The notes below the pieces were generated by a model, which was given only the letters and a program-made list of their open reading frames with translations, searched no databases and had not been told where the DNA came from. From positions 4,278,001-4,342,000 of the forward strand of contig OX597834.1 of the NCBI GenBank assembly GCA_951406725.2: a stretch of 64,000 bases of DNA. The letters run 5' to 3'. Positions 26,692 to 39,909 of this stretch are shown piece after piece; position 1 is the stretch's first letter, and every line of letters starts with the position of its first letter. Position numbers and translations under genes: made by a program. Origin of the DNA: Octopus vulgaris. Taxonomy: Eukaryota.

Positions 26692-27628
26692 CAAAGAAAC
26701 TGTTGTTCATAAAGCTACAAAATTTCAGTCCAAATGTGGTTTTAGAAACTCTGAGAAAAGTCTTCACACAGCACCAGGCCATAAAATTCGGGTTTCTGTT
26801 GAGTGTGCAAAGTGCAGGATTGCTGTATGCCAGGGTAGAGACATGTTTTATTTTATTTTTTTTGTGGTGGGGGTGGTTCTACACTTCACAGGTAACAGCT
26901 TTAACTTTCTTTAAACATAATATATATTCAACCTACCTGGTCAGGTAACATGAAAGTTCATTTAGTACATTTTCATAACCCCAGAACTTGCCTAAGACAG
27001 TATATGAATCCTTATTTGGATTATATGACTTAAAAAGTGCTCCAATGTGTTCTAATTTAGTGGAGTATTGTTGAGGTGGGGAGTCTAGCAAACTCTTTTT
27101 TTTTTTTTTTCCATTACCTGTATTGATATCCTTTCAGCATGTGTGTTATACAAATGGCCTAATTGCTTGCTTTGTCTGCTCATTCTCATGCAACTCATTC
27201 AAACAAGAAGCACACAGAATTTAAGATCACTTCATTTGTATTTCTCAATCGCATTACACCTTTCATTATTTATTTTACAAACGATAAAGAAGAACAATCG
27301 GTAAACTCAAATCATTACATCCTATCAACAAATTTCATGAAATTCATGCATTTATGTTTTTGATTTTTATGCGCGGTTGACTGCATTTTCAGTTTCTAAC
27401 AAGTCTGGGAGAGTTACATAGAAATTGTCATATATATAGGTGCAATCTTTACCAGATGCATCAACCTTCTTTACACTGTCTGTGCTGAAAGAAATTTTTT
27501 AGATTTTACATAATGAAAGAAAGAAAACAAATTTTAGAGAAAAGAGTTTTGTTATGCTTGGGGATGGTCATACTTTCTCAATTAAACACATACACTGTAT
27601 ATTTGGTTTTCACTTCAGTTTTATTATT

Positions 27629-27904
27629 ATCATCATCATCATCATCATTTAGCGTCCGCTTTCCATGCTAGCATGGGTTGGACGGTTCAACTGGGGTCTG
27701 GGAAGCCAGAAGGCTGCACCAGGTCCAGTCTGATCTGGCAATGTTTCTACAGCTGGATGCCCTTCCTAATGCCAACCACTCCTTGAGTGTAGTGGGTGCT
27801 TTTTACGTGCCACCGGCACAGGTGCCAGACGGGGCTGGCAACGGCCACGATTGGATGGTGCTTTCTATGTGCCACCGGCACGGGAGCCAGGCAAGGCTGG
27901 CAAC
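27629..27904 (-). mobile_element. RTE 3'-UTR repeat (family B)
   Basis: Family match. Confidence 0.85.
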
Positions 27905-27977
27905 ATTATTATTATTATTATTTTAGTTTCTTTGTCAAAGTTCTTTCTGTGACCTCTTCGTGGGGTCTTTCAGAGAC

Positions 27978-28018
27978 TCGCTGAAGAAATCACAGAATGT
28001 GTGATGAAAGAACATTGA
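27978..28018 (+). ncRNA. Minimal hammerhead-like motif with a canonical CUGAAGA core, in an inverted-repeat element
   Basis: TCG CTGAAGA A ATCACA-GAATG-TGTGAT GAAA GAAC AT TGA; the opposite arm at 27915-27946 reads GAAAGAAC-TT-TGAC. Confidence 0.55.
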
Positions 28019-28470
28019 CAAAGAAACTAAATGATAATAAAATTGAAGTGAAGCCCAAACATATAGTGCTTGTGTTTAATCGGCAAAATATGACCATCCC
28101 TGAGTATAAGAAGGTCTGTTTTAACACACGATTTCACATCAAGAGTCTTATAAAACAAATACATAAAACATATATAGTTTTATCATCCCAGATAAAGTAT
28201 TCTGTGTCAAAAGTAGGTAAATTCAGATAACTCCAGTTGCCAAGATAGTAGTTTATTAGTTTAATCCTTGATCAATACACGTTGAAAACAATTTGATCTG
28301 TTGATAATTGAAAAGGTGTTGCAGTTAACTCGTGTCTACTTTCTGATGCTTGATAATGGCTAAAGCTTCTCATTCGATCAAAAGCTGTTTTATTCACAAG
28401 AAATAAGTTGCAGTAATAAAATACGACCATCTGAGAGGCATCATCAGTTTCAAGTACAAATATTTCAAAT

Positions 28471-28670
28471 ACTCTCTCTTTTACTCTTTTACTTGTTTCA
28501 GTCATTTGACTGCGACCATGCTGGAGCACCGCCTTTAGTCGAGCAAATCGACCCCAGGACTTATTCTTTGTAAGCCCAGTACTTATTCTATCGGTCTCTT
28601 TTGCCGAACCACTAAGTGACGGGGACATAAACACACCAGCATCGGTTGTCAAGCAATACTAGGGGGACAA

Positions 28671-28705
<35 letters not shown>

Positions 28706-28879
28706 CACATATATACGACAGGCTTCTTTCAGTTTCCGTCTACCAAATCCACTCACAAGGCATTGGTCGGCTCAGGGCTATAGCGGAAGACACTTGCCCA
28801 AGATGCCACGCAGTGGAACTAAACCCGGAACCAGGTGGTTGGTTAGCAAGCTACTTACTACTCAGCCACTCCTGCGCCT
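28471..28879 (-). mobile_element. tRNA-derived SINE (family A)
   Basis: Family match. Confidence 0.9.
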
Positions 28880-29133
28880 GTCGAATAAAAAATAAATTTT
28901 TAAAAATATTTTCAAAAGATAATGCTGGAACTAGAAACTTTGTAGTGATACAGAAAGGCTTTCCCAATGTGAAATTTACCATCTCGTAGAATTGCTAAAA
29001 ATATTTTCACTAAAATTTTCCATTTATTAACTTTATGCAATGTCATTACGAAATGTGTATAAGAATTTAGCATAGGAAACCTCTAGATAGGATGTCATTT
29101 TATCAAACGTGTGTTTCCCTGGTTTACATAGTA

Positions 29134-29768
29134 CAGTGGTCCTGAACCATTTTTTGCCTATGGACCCTTTGATTGCTACTCTATTCTGGTGGATCTCCAT
29201 AGCCATTTGATGTTCCAAAACTAGTTTTGTAGATACTTCTTTCAAAATTCCTATTTTGTTTTTCCACACATTCATTTGTGGAGCTTGAACTATGTATAAT
29301 GTCAGAGAAGGAAACCTTGCTGATTCTTGCCGTAAATGCATCCAAAGCAAAATTTAACGTCCGTTTTCCATGCTAGCATGGGTTGGACGGTTCAACCGGG
29401 GTCTGGCAAGCCCTGGAAGCTGCACCAGGCTCAAGTCTAATTTGGCAGAGTTTCTACAGCTGGATGCCCTTCCTAATGCCAACCACTCCATGAGTGTAGT
29501 AGGTGTTTTTTATGTGTTACCGGCACAGGGGCCAGAGCAGGCTGGCAAACGGCCACGATCGGTTGGTGCTTCTATATGTCACCGACATGGACGCCAGTCA
29601 GGCGGTGCTGGCATCTGCCACGTTCGGACGGTGCTTTTTACGTGTCACCGGCATGGGTGTCTTAACTACAAAGCAAAATGTTTTTTCATGGGCCCCTAAA
29701 GTAGTACTGTAGATCTCTAATTAACTATTTTGTTTGTGTGGATCCCTAAAAATATTATATGGACCCCA
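29134..29768. mobile_element. hAT-type MITE with family B inserted at 29354-29669
   Basis: Homologous to 5272-5573 in reverse; insertion flanked by duplicated AAAGCAAAAT. Confidence 0.78.
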
Positions 29769-30486
29769 TATCTTCTGTTTCTATCTCAGCTGTTATTCTC
29801 CAGCTCTATGGAATGCAATTAGTCAGGGTGAGTTCGTTGTCTGAAACTTGGACACAAAACAACATTACTGATGTATGAGAATCATCAATCATCAATCATT
29901 TAGCCATTCAACTCAAGCTTGGTATCTTTTAGGTTTTTTTCCTCTCTAAACTGTGAAGGATGTACTCTTTCTCCTGGATAGGAGTTAATTTTATATCAAC
30001 TAACTTTTGAGTGCTTTTTTTTTTAATCTGTTGAAAGAGAGTAAACAAATTGGTTCTGCATAGTTTCCTATAATCTCTGTGAAAATGAAGTGTTTAGTAA
30101 TTTTATTTCTGTACTTTACAGTTTTAAAATACCTATGATCTAAGAATGGATGAACAAACTGTAGTTTAGTTAATATAATTACACCAGAGAGAGTTTCCAT
30201 CAGTTGCTGAGACCTACTAGAAATAGCAACCAAATGCTACTTAAATCATCTCTCTCTCTTTCATCTTGGGGGCGGGGGAGAGTACTTTAGATAATTCAGT
30301 CCTAGATATTTCATGCCAGAAAAAAATGTGATAATGATGGTTAATTTGCTAATTGAATCACAAAAAGTAAGAAAAAGAAAAGAAGACTTGTACACAAATC
30401 AGTGGGAGCAGATTTGTGAAGGTGATGTCTCTGCACAAAACAGATGAAGAGAATATTGAAAATTAGGATCACAATTCTGTGAAATA

Positions 30487-31019
30487 CAGGGTGTCCATAA
30501 AGTCTGGGTAGATGGGGATTAACACATTCTTTAAGAAATTATTATTTCTTATACTCTTTTACTCTCTTTACTCTTTTACTTGTTTCAGTCATTTAACTGC
30601 GGCCATGCTGGAGCACCGCCTTTAATCGAACAACTCGACCCCGGGACTTATTCTTTTGTAAGCCCAGTACTTATTCTATTGGTCTCTTTTGCCAAACTGC
30701 TAAGTAACGGGGACACAAACACACCAGCGTTGGTTGTCAAGCAATGCTAGGGGAACAAACACAGACACACAAACACACACACGCATATATATATACATAT
30801 ATACGACGAGCTTCTTTCAGTTTCCGTCTACCAAATCCACTCACAAGGCTTTGGTCAGCCTGAGGCTATAGTAGAAGACACTTGCCCAAGGTGCCCGCAG
30901 TGGGACTGAACCCGGAACCATGTGGTTGGTAAACAAGCTACTTACCACACAGCCGCTCTTTTAATTCTTCATGTCATGATTTTATTTACTCCATGTACCT
31001 GGACTTTGTGGACACCCTG
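30487..31019. mobile_element. Tc1/mariner-type MITE with a nested SINE A (30552-30957, minus)
   Basis: TA-CAGGGTGTCCATAAAGTCTGGGTA ... TACCTGGACTTTGTGGACACCCTG-TA. Confidence 0.85.
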
Positions 31020-31220
31020 TATAATCATAAAATTACTGGAATTTAGCTTGAATGGAAAACTCTTGTAGTAAGCTCTCCCAACAGTAATTAAACTAATATG
31101 CCAGGAATGCAAGAAAACCACTGAAAGTCAACAGCCTCCAGACACATCCTACAACCAGAGCACAACCTGAACATTGGGCAAAACAACACTAATGGCTTGA
31201 AAAAAAAAAAGAATTTTTAT

Positions 31221-31612
31221 AGGCGCAGGAGTGGCTGTGTGGTAAGTAGCTTGCTTACCAACCACATGGTTCTGGGTTCAGTCCCACTGCGTGCATCTTG
31301 GGCAAGTGTCTTCTACTATAGCCTTGGGCCGACCAAAGCCTTGTGAGTGGATTTGGTAGACGGAAACTGAAAGAAGCCCATCGTATGTATGTATATATAT
31401 ATATGTTTGTGTGTCTGTGTTTGTCCCCCTAGCATTGCTTGACAATCGATGCGGGTGTGTTTACGTCCCCGTAACTTAGCGGTTCGGTAAAAGTGACCAA
31501 TAGAATAAGTACTAGGCTTACAAAGAATAAGTCCTGGGGTCGATTTGATCGACTAAAGGCGGTGCTCCCGCATGGCTGCAGTCAAATGACTGAAACAAGT
31601 AAAAGAGAGAGT
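31221..31612 (+). mobile_element. tRNA-derived SINE (family A)
   Basis: Family match. Confidence 0.9.
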
Positions 31613-32038
31613 AACTAAAACAACATACACATTGAAATAATTCAAGAAACACTGTTGTAATCCCAGCACAAGATCCTGCAAATTCCTAATTGTATTCCCA
31701 TTAAGTAATTTAGTCAATTTAATGATGGTGGAGGTTTCATGATATATGGAAAAACCATGCATCAGGTACATTAAACATTTTACTCCAACACTAATAGAGT
31801 ATTACAACAAAGGAAAAATATAAACATTAAAATCTATCAGTACAAAAAATTTTATAATATTTTTCAGTTGTTTAACAAATGATTTTGAACCGATTTTTCT
31901 GTAACAGGATGAGAGGCCACCGCACTGGATGGGTGCAGCTCGCATCCTTTACATTAAATATTAAATCAAAGGAAAGAGTCAAGACTTCCGATTAACTTCA
32001 GCAGTATAAATATTTATTTCTTGATTCACAATATATAC

Positions 32039-32445
32039 ACCCCAAGATCCCGAGTTCGATTCCAGGCAGTGACCTGAATAATAATAATAATAATAATAAC
32101 AACAACATCAACATTGAAAAATACCTATTTCTTTATTACCCACAAGGGGCTAAACACAGAGGGAACAAACAAGGACAGACATAGGTATTAAGTCGATTAC
32201 ATTGACCCCAGTGCTTAACTGGTACTTAATTTATCGACCCCGAAAGGATGAAAGGCAAAGTCGACCTCGGCGGAATTTGAACTCACAACGTAACGGCAGA
32301 CGAAATATGGCTAAGCATTAGGAATGAGAACCCAGGTTTGAAATTTCCCCAAGACACCTGTAGAAGGCTGGAAGGTATATCAGCTGAAACTTTGTGTTAA
32401 CAACAAACAAGATGAGGACAAATATCTGTCAAATGTAAATAATGT
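32039..32445 (+). mobile_element. tRNA-head + (AAT)n + hammerhead repeat (family H), interrupted by SINE C (32125-32319, minus)
   Basis: B box GAGTTCGATTCC; GACAC CTGTAGA A GGCTG..CAGCT GAAAC TTT GTGTT at 32353-32398; homologous to 40787-41015. Confidence 0.75.
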
Positions 32446-32603
32446 CTATTAATAATTGTTTCCAATATAGGCACAAGGCCAGAAATTTTTATACTACCAG
32501 CCTTCCTCTGTACTTGAATGATCTTGAAAAGATGAACTTAGAACATAAAGAATGGGAATAAATAGTGCTGTACTGGTTCCACTAATCCACTACCCCATAA
32601 ATA

Positions 32604-33017
32604 TTTACTCTTTTACTCTTTTACTTGTTTCAGTCATTTGACTGCGGCCATGCTGGAGCACCGCCTTTAGTCGAGCAAATCGACCCCGGGACTTATTCTT
32701 TGTAAGCCCAGTACTTATTCTATCGGTCTCTTTTGCCGAACCGCTAAGTGACAGGGACGTAAACACACCAGCATCGGTTGTCAAGCAATGCTAGAGGGAC
32801 AAACACAGACACACAAACATATACACACACATACATATATACATACATATATACGACAGGCTTCTTTCAGTTTCCGTCTACCAAATCCACTCACTAGGCT
32901 TTGGTCGGCCCGAGGGTATAGTAGAAGACACTTGCCCAAGATGCCACGCAGTGGGACTGAACCCAGAACCATGTGGCTGGTTAGCAAGCTACTTACCACA
33001 CAGCCACTCCTGCGCCT
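32604..33017 (-). mobile_element. tRNA-derived SINE (family A)
   Basis: Family match. Confidence 0.9.
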
Positions 33018-33354
33018 ATAATTCTGATTTTGGTAGAAGGCCAGTCATTTTGAGGGGAGGGGAATAGTGAATTCCATTGACTCTTGTGTGAATTAAACGC
33101 TAAATGTAGAGAATCAGAACAAATACCATGAAGCATTTTTTCCGATATGCCATCCTTATGCACCTATAAATGATAGGACATATTATTACATTTCAACGAG
33201 GGAACCTATTAGAGATAGCAGCCAAATGTGGTGGTCTTAGCTAGAAAAATTTTGATCTGTGGTCTGCTCAGTCAGAGCTGACCTGGGGTTAAGCAACAAT
33301 AAATTACAAAATGATAAAAAAGACAAAGTGAACAAAAATAGTATGAGTGTATTT

Positions 33355-33583
33355 TTAACCCTTTTGTTACCATATTTCTCTTGAGATGCTCTGTGTTTCT
33401 TTCAATTAATTTTAAATATAACAAAGAATTTAGTAAAATAACTTAGTTATCATTAATGTAGTGTTAGGAATATAAATTGTGACTAAGGTTTGGTGGGAGA
33501 TTTTAATTCAAAACTTATGAAAACAAGACATTTGTACTCAGAGCCAGAGGTGGTTTCAGCTGGGTTGGTAATGAAAGGGTTAA
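33355..33583 (+). mobile_element. piggyBac-type MITE (family D), monomer
   Basis: TTAA-CCCTTTTGTTAC...GTAATGAAAGGG-TTAA. Confidence 0.88.
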
Positions 33584-34164
33584 TGAGTATCCATATTCTA
33601 CTACAGGGAATTTTTGAAGACAATAAACATCTGCCACACCAACTGCTTTGCTCTTGTTACCAAACCTGTGTAAAGTTCCACTTTATAATCTACAATTTTG
33701 CAAACAATATATCTCAAAGTTCTGTCCTTTTAATCTTGTACACGTCACCTGGCCACACTCCCCACATGCAACCAGCTTCTCTAGTAACCCTACAGCAGCA
33801 TCCTTCCATCATTAACCTCCACAACTGCAACCAAAGAAGAACAACTGTTGTCCTCTGAGTACAGAGTACATCTCTCGCCTGCTTTCACAGTTGTCATCAT
33901 CAGAGAATTTTCATACGGAGACAATGGAGAGAATGGAACTTGCTCCACTGTGCCTCATATTGCATGCCTGAAACACATAGAATGGTCTGATACTTGGTCT
34001 TTAACTGACTATTTACATAATCGGTCTGCTTCGTTAGGGCAGTCCTGGTGCTAAACAATAATTAACTCCACAGCTTTGTTTTTGTTCCGTATTTTTCTAT
34101 TTTCTTTTCTTCCCTTCTTCTAGAGTACATTCACTTCAATTTCTTCCATTTCTCTCCCCTACAG

Positions 34165-34178
34165 GTTACCCACATTAG
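34165..34178 (+). CDS. Candidate terminal coding exon, (G)YPH-stop, followed by a putative 3'UTR
   Basis: Very long polypyrimidine tract plus CTACAG acceptor; phase-1 frame gives GYPH*; AATAAA near 34376 and 34389; ~1 kb free of recognisable repeats downstream. Confidence 0.5.
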
Positions 34179-35184
34179 ACCAGTCTGCAGATCGTGTTTA
34201 CACAACTGAGATATTTTGAGGGGGTCTCAGCAATATACTATGACCTTTTAAAGAATGTGGTTCAACTAAGACAAAAAGCAAAATATGCTAAAGTCTTTTA
34301 TTCAAACACTGTATTGGTTTCATCTAATTCCACAGACCACTAACTTATTGGTTCTTGAAGCACCTATCTTCCCTAAATAAAGCACTGAATAAAGACAATA
34401 GCATTAATTTAAATAACGATAATTATAATAATATTCATTGTTCTAAATTTTAGTGGGTTTTCTTAAGATTTTAATTTCTCTTTTTCAAAATGTATCATTC
34501 TTTAAAAGGTATGTTCATGAAATAATTGATTAATAAGGATCAATGCCAATTAGTAGTTAAAGTATAAAATTGTCCTGCACTAATTTGTTTTACAAAATTT
34601 ATATTTCTTTTACATTTTAGACCAGCTTTTCTATTTTTTTTTTTAATGATTTTAATTTTAATTTTACTTACCGTGTGAGTTAACAAAAATAATAATTAAT
34701 ATTCTGTATCTAAAAATGGAAGGTTTGGGCTGTTTAGAGTGTTTATTTGATCTTTTCTTTAAATGTGGTTGAATTTTGCTTTAATGGTTGTATAGTACAT
34801 GAAGTAAGGATTATAAATGTTTTGTTTTGATGTATATATTGGGGCAAGCCATATATATATATGGATTATTTTTTTATATGATTCTTACTTCTGTCTATAT
34901 TCATTTTTTAAAATTCAAATTCAAAACTGGAATTTTGACAAATGTACACATTATAAATTTTATTAATATTCATTTATAATATTTGTTATATAAAAATGAC
35001 AGAAAAAAAAAACCAAACAAAAAATAGTTATGCTAACCAAGAACCTGTTGATTATTACCTTCTTTCATTTTTTGATTATTACTTTGTTTCCGGTTCTAAG
35101 CACTTGATCTGAAGATCATGTTGTCTGTTGTTTTGTCACGTTGCTACATGTACAATAATCCTGGCTCTCAGTTGAGCCAATCAT

Positions 35185-35750
35185 ACTGTAGACTTAAGCT
35201 GTTCATTGCTTCCCAACCCACAGAGTTCCAGGTCGAGTCCCACTGCAGGGTAACCTCAAGCAAGTGTCTTCTACTACAGCCACGAGACAACTAAAACCTT
35301 ATGAGTGAATTTCGTAAATGGAAACTGAAAGAAGCCCATGTATATGTGTGACCGCATATGTGTGTGTGTGAGTCTTTGTGTTTGTCTCTCACTACAACTG
35401 ATGTTGGTTCATTTACATCTTCATGACTTAGTGGTTCAGCAAAAGAGGCCAATAGAATAAGTGCCGGGCTTTAAAAAACATAAGTACTGGGACCAATTCA
35501 TTCAACTAAAACTCATTCGAGGTGGTGCCCCAGCATGGTCACAGTCCAGTGACTGAAGCAATTCTAAAATAAACTCATTTAATAGATAGGTGCAGGCACG
35601 GCTGTGTGGTAAGAAGCTTGCTTCACAACCACATGGTTCTGGGTTCAGTTCCACTGCATGGCACTTTGGGCAAATGTCTTCTACTATAGCCTCAGGCCAA
35701 CCAAAGCCTTGTGAGTAGATTTGGTAGACTGGAAGAAGCCTGTCATATAT
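35185..35750 (+). mobile_element. Diverged and partial family A SINE copies
   Basis: GTCCCACTGC, GCAAGTGTCTTCTACTA and GGTGGTGCCCCAGCATGG motifs. Confidence 0.75.
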
Positions 35751-36645
35751 ATATAAAATTAAATACGGATAGCAATTGATATTAATCAATTAAAACCAGT
35801 GGCTTAGCATCTTCAGATTTTATATATATATATATATATATCATCATTATTGTTTAACGTCTGCCTTCCATGGTCAAGTCCCACTGCATGGTACCTCGAG
35901 TAAGTGGGACGATTTCACAAGAGCCAGCCAGGCAGAAGCCTGCACCAAACTTCTGTGACTGTCTTGGCAGGATTTTTACAGCTGGATGCCCTTCCCAATA
36001 CCATCCACTCAGCAGAGTGGACTTAGTGCTTTTTATGTGGCACAAGCACAGGCGAGGTCAGTTTTGGCAAGGCTTTTACAGCTGGATGCACTTCCGAACA
36101 CCAACCACTTTACAGTGTTGACTGGGTGCTTTTAAGTGGCACCTGCACTGACAGGGTCACCAAGTACTTGCAAGACCAAAACAAATTTCAAGAGGGGAAG
36201 GGGAATTTGAGGAGGTGATCTTGTGTCAGATGATGAAAGGTTATAGTGTAAAGGAGAGACAGAATCAGCTGTCTTGCTGTGGAGGAAGTACAAGGTTACC
36301 CAACCAGAGAGAGAGAGAAAGAGATCAGGAATGAAGACAAAAGCAGGTGTGGTACCGTGAAGGAAATATATTGTTACCCAACTTGAGGGAAGTGCAGGAG
36401 AAGTACTGTATTAAAAAATAAAACATTATTTGTTTGTAAGCTTAAAATAGGCTTTTATTAACCATGTATTATCCAAAAGGCATTCATAAATCAGGTACAG
36501 AACTGGGAACGGTTATTATCGGTTTAGCCTAGAGACAAGTTAATTCAACTTAAGTTGTGTCTCCTGGAACCAATTAACGATGTAGGGTGAGTTATGCCTG
36601 TATATACATATAGATAGATTGGTAGATACATATTTATACTCATAG

Positions 36646-36704
<59 letters not shown>

Positions 36705-36746
36705 CAAGCACATACATATTTATACTTATAGATACACACACACACA

Positions 36747-37125
36747 CATCATCGTTTAGCGTCCGTTTTCCATGCTAGCATGGGTTGGACGGTTCTACTG
36801 GGGTCTGTGAAGCCAGAAGGCTTCATCAGGCCCAGTCAAATCTGGCAGTGTTTCTACGGCTGGATGCCCTTCCTAACGCCAACCACTCCGTGAGTGTAGT
36901 GGGTGCTTTTTACGTGCCACCCGCACTGGTACCAGACAGAGCTGGCAAACGGCCACGAACGGATGGTGCTTTTTATGTGCCACCGGCACGAGGGCCAGGC
37001 GAGGCTGGCAACGGACACGAAACGGGGCGGTGCTGGCAACGGTCGTGAAACGGAAGGTTCTCTTACATGCCACCGGCACTGGTAACACATCTGCAATTTC
37101 CATTGATCGATTTCGATTCTGACAT
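36747..37125 (-). mobile_element. RTE 3'-UTR repeat (family B)
   Basis: Family match with three internal units. Confidence 0.85.
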
Positions 37126-37391
37126 GCAAGCACATACATATTTATATACACCTATGGATGTATATTTTATTACCTGTTGAGCAGAAGAATGAGTTCACGT
37201 ATTTACATATTTCATATTTCAGGCCTTGTGCCTATCATAGAAAGAAAAAAAGATGCAAATCACCTTTTATACAAACCACTAATGTTCAAAGAATACAAAA
37301 CTTACTACTACTATTACCCTCTCTCTTTATGGAGGGGTGGTTAATGTGAGGAAAAACCATCCAGCAGGGAAACTATTTGGTAAAACTTTGT

Positions 37392-37619
37392 TTAACCCAT
37401 TAGTGTTTAAACCGGTTGTATCCGGCCCAGATATTCTACACATTTTATGCTCAAACTGGCCAGAACATGCATCTCACACCTACCCTGCAATGTCATTCTA
37501 AAAATAAGCAATTACATCTTCCCTATCTTGAAGGTACAAAATAATATCAGATAAATTTTTTTAAATGTGAATAAATAAGGATTACTTTTGACAAATTAAT
37601 CTGAACGCTAAAGGGTTAA
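37392..37619 (-). mobile_element. piggyBac-type MITE (family E)
   Basis: TTAA-CCC...GCTAAAGGG-TTAA; reverse of the 15500 copy. Confidence 0.8.
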
Positions 37620-37924
37620 ACATTCAAAATCTAAATTTACTTGGGTAAATAGCCAATCTGTTTCCTTCTTTTTCATCCAATCCCCTTAATGAAAGTATTA
37701 CTGTTGTAGTTGGTCAAGTTAATAATTTGTTGGACATTCAAATCAAAAGTCATTTGTTTCTATCCTGTTCCTTGTAATTAAGTACCATTTGGGAATATGA
37801 ATCATTATAAAATTGAGGTATGTTTTCTTCCCTTGCAGTTCTAAGTTCAAGTCTTTCTAGTGTGTCTTCTTCAAGAGTCCTAGAAATTAGAAAAATGACT
37901 TGGGGATCAATCTTGCTGGGGCAG

Positions 37925-38122
37925 TGAAAAGCTTAGCAGTATTTTGTCTGCTGCTATGTTCTGAGTTCAAATTCCGTCGAGGTCGACTTTGCCTTTCATC
38001 CTTTCGGGGTCGATAAATTAAGTACGAGTTACACACTGGGGTCGATGTAATCGACTTAGTCCGTAATTCTGTCCTTGTTTGTCCCCTCTGTGTTTAGCCC
38101 CTTGTGGGCAATAGAGAAATAA
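37925..38122 (+). mobile_element. SINE family C
   Basis: Family match. Confidence 0.85.
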
Positions 38123-39909
38123 AAGATATATTCATAGGACATTAGTGACATAAAATCTCATGACTTCACCAAGGAAGGATAATGCTCAGCATCTTTTTAA
38201 CTGGGTTTCTGAAACTCTCTCTCTCTCTTTTGGAGAGGCACTGAGCAGCTATACGCACACATACACACACGGCAGTAACTTCCACCTACCGAATTCAATC
38301 ACAAAGCTCCGGTCGGCTTGGGGCTATAGTGGAAGACACCTACCCAAAGTACCACGCAGTGGGACTGAACCCGAAACTATTTGGAGGAAATTGTTCTTGA
38401 AATGGAGACTGGACTCAAATGCTTGCAACAGCATGAACTTTGCTAAAGGCGCCCAAAGGTCAGATGGTGGTGGTGTCAAACTGGGTTGCTGGTCAAGTGC
38501 CAAGAGAGTTAAGCAATATAGCAACATGAGAAGAAACTTTAATTAGCCATTTGAGTCCACATTTTATTTATCAAGTACAGTGTAAGTGTATGTTGTGCTG
38601 TTGATAGTGACTCTTTCATTGAAGAAGTACACTAAACAGAGCCTAATTAACCAAAGAATCAACTGCATTGTATTGTGTCTCTTGTAACGATACTGCGTAT
38701 ACTGGTTCTTTGTATCTCATTGTAAAGAGACATCAAGTGGAAATGTATTTCATATATGGAGCTCTACAGGGTGCGGTGGATAAATTGTTCTCTAAATTAT
38801 GCAAAAATGAAAATGATACTGAAAATAACATTTTAACAGATATATTTACCAAAATTACATAAAAATATCTTGAAATATTAAAGAGGAAATTTACTCAATA
38901 AAATCACTATTGACTTCGACCATGGCCTCCAGATGACTTTGGAATCTCCTGCAACTCTTCTGGACAGTCTCCTTGTTTAAGTTGGTGAATGCTGCTATAA
39001 TCCTTGCCTTCAATTCATCTTTGGTGTTACAAGGAGTTTTGTTAGTCTCTCGCTCAACTGCACCCCACACATAACAATTAAGAAGGTTGCAGTCTGGGGA
39101 GTTAGGTGGCCAGATGTTTGACTAAGTTCTACTTGTGTGAGTCCTGTTGCTAGATGTAGGGTCTTCCAGCAGCCACCTTCTTGACCCAGGGCAGCACTAC
39201 CTTCTCCAAGCACTTGATATAGGACTGTTGAGTCTGAGGCCGTCTGGGAAGATGAATGGAGGCATAACATTGCCATCACTAGTGATCACTCCAAATACCA
39301 CGATGTTGACTGGATGTTTGATTTTTTATCACTTGGTACGTGTTTTAGGGACACAGCAAGCCAATGGTTGTTCTGTTTGTTCACCATCTGATACTATCAG
39401 AAAGTTTTCTTGTCTGAGAAAAATCCAAAGCATGTTAGGTTGGAAGGATGCTTGAATTTGTTCAAAAGATTTGTAGCGCGGTCTTTCCTCTTGTCCGTGA
39501 TAGCTTGGGATAAGAATTGACCCTTTCTCATCTTGTATGAGGAATACCAAATGTCTTCATGCACTATCTACCTGATAAGAAACTCAGACACTCCCATGTT
39601 TCTGGTGATGGACCTGACTGACTTAGAAGGACTGTTGTCAACCATGGCCTGGATCTCACCAACAAATTCAGGAGTTCTTTCCTTAACAGAACAGAGTGAG
39701 TTTTCCAAGCTGCCTTACCTCCATAATCACCATTAGACTCATCCAACTCTTTCTGAATCCGCTGCATTGTTCTCAGATTGACACTCAAGCTGTAATGTAT
39801 AACCAGTAAATCCTGGCTCAAAGAAACTAATTTCTAGTCATAATCCTAAATAGAAAGGCACCTTATCGTGTTAGCCACGATAGTCTTGACTCAACGTACT
39901 TTGTTCTCT

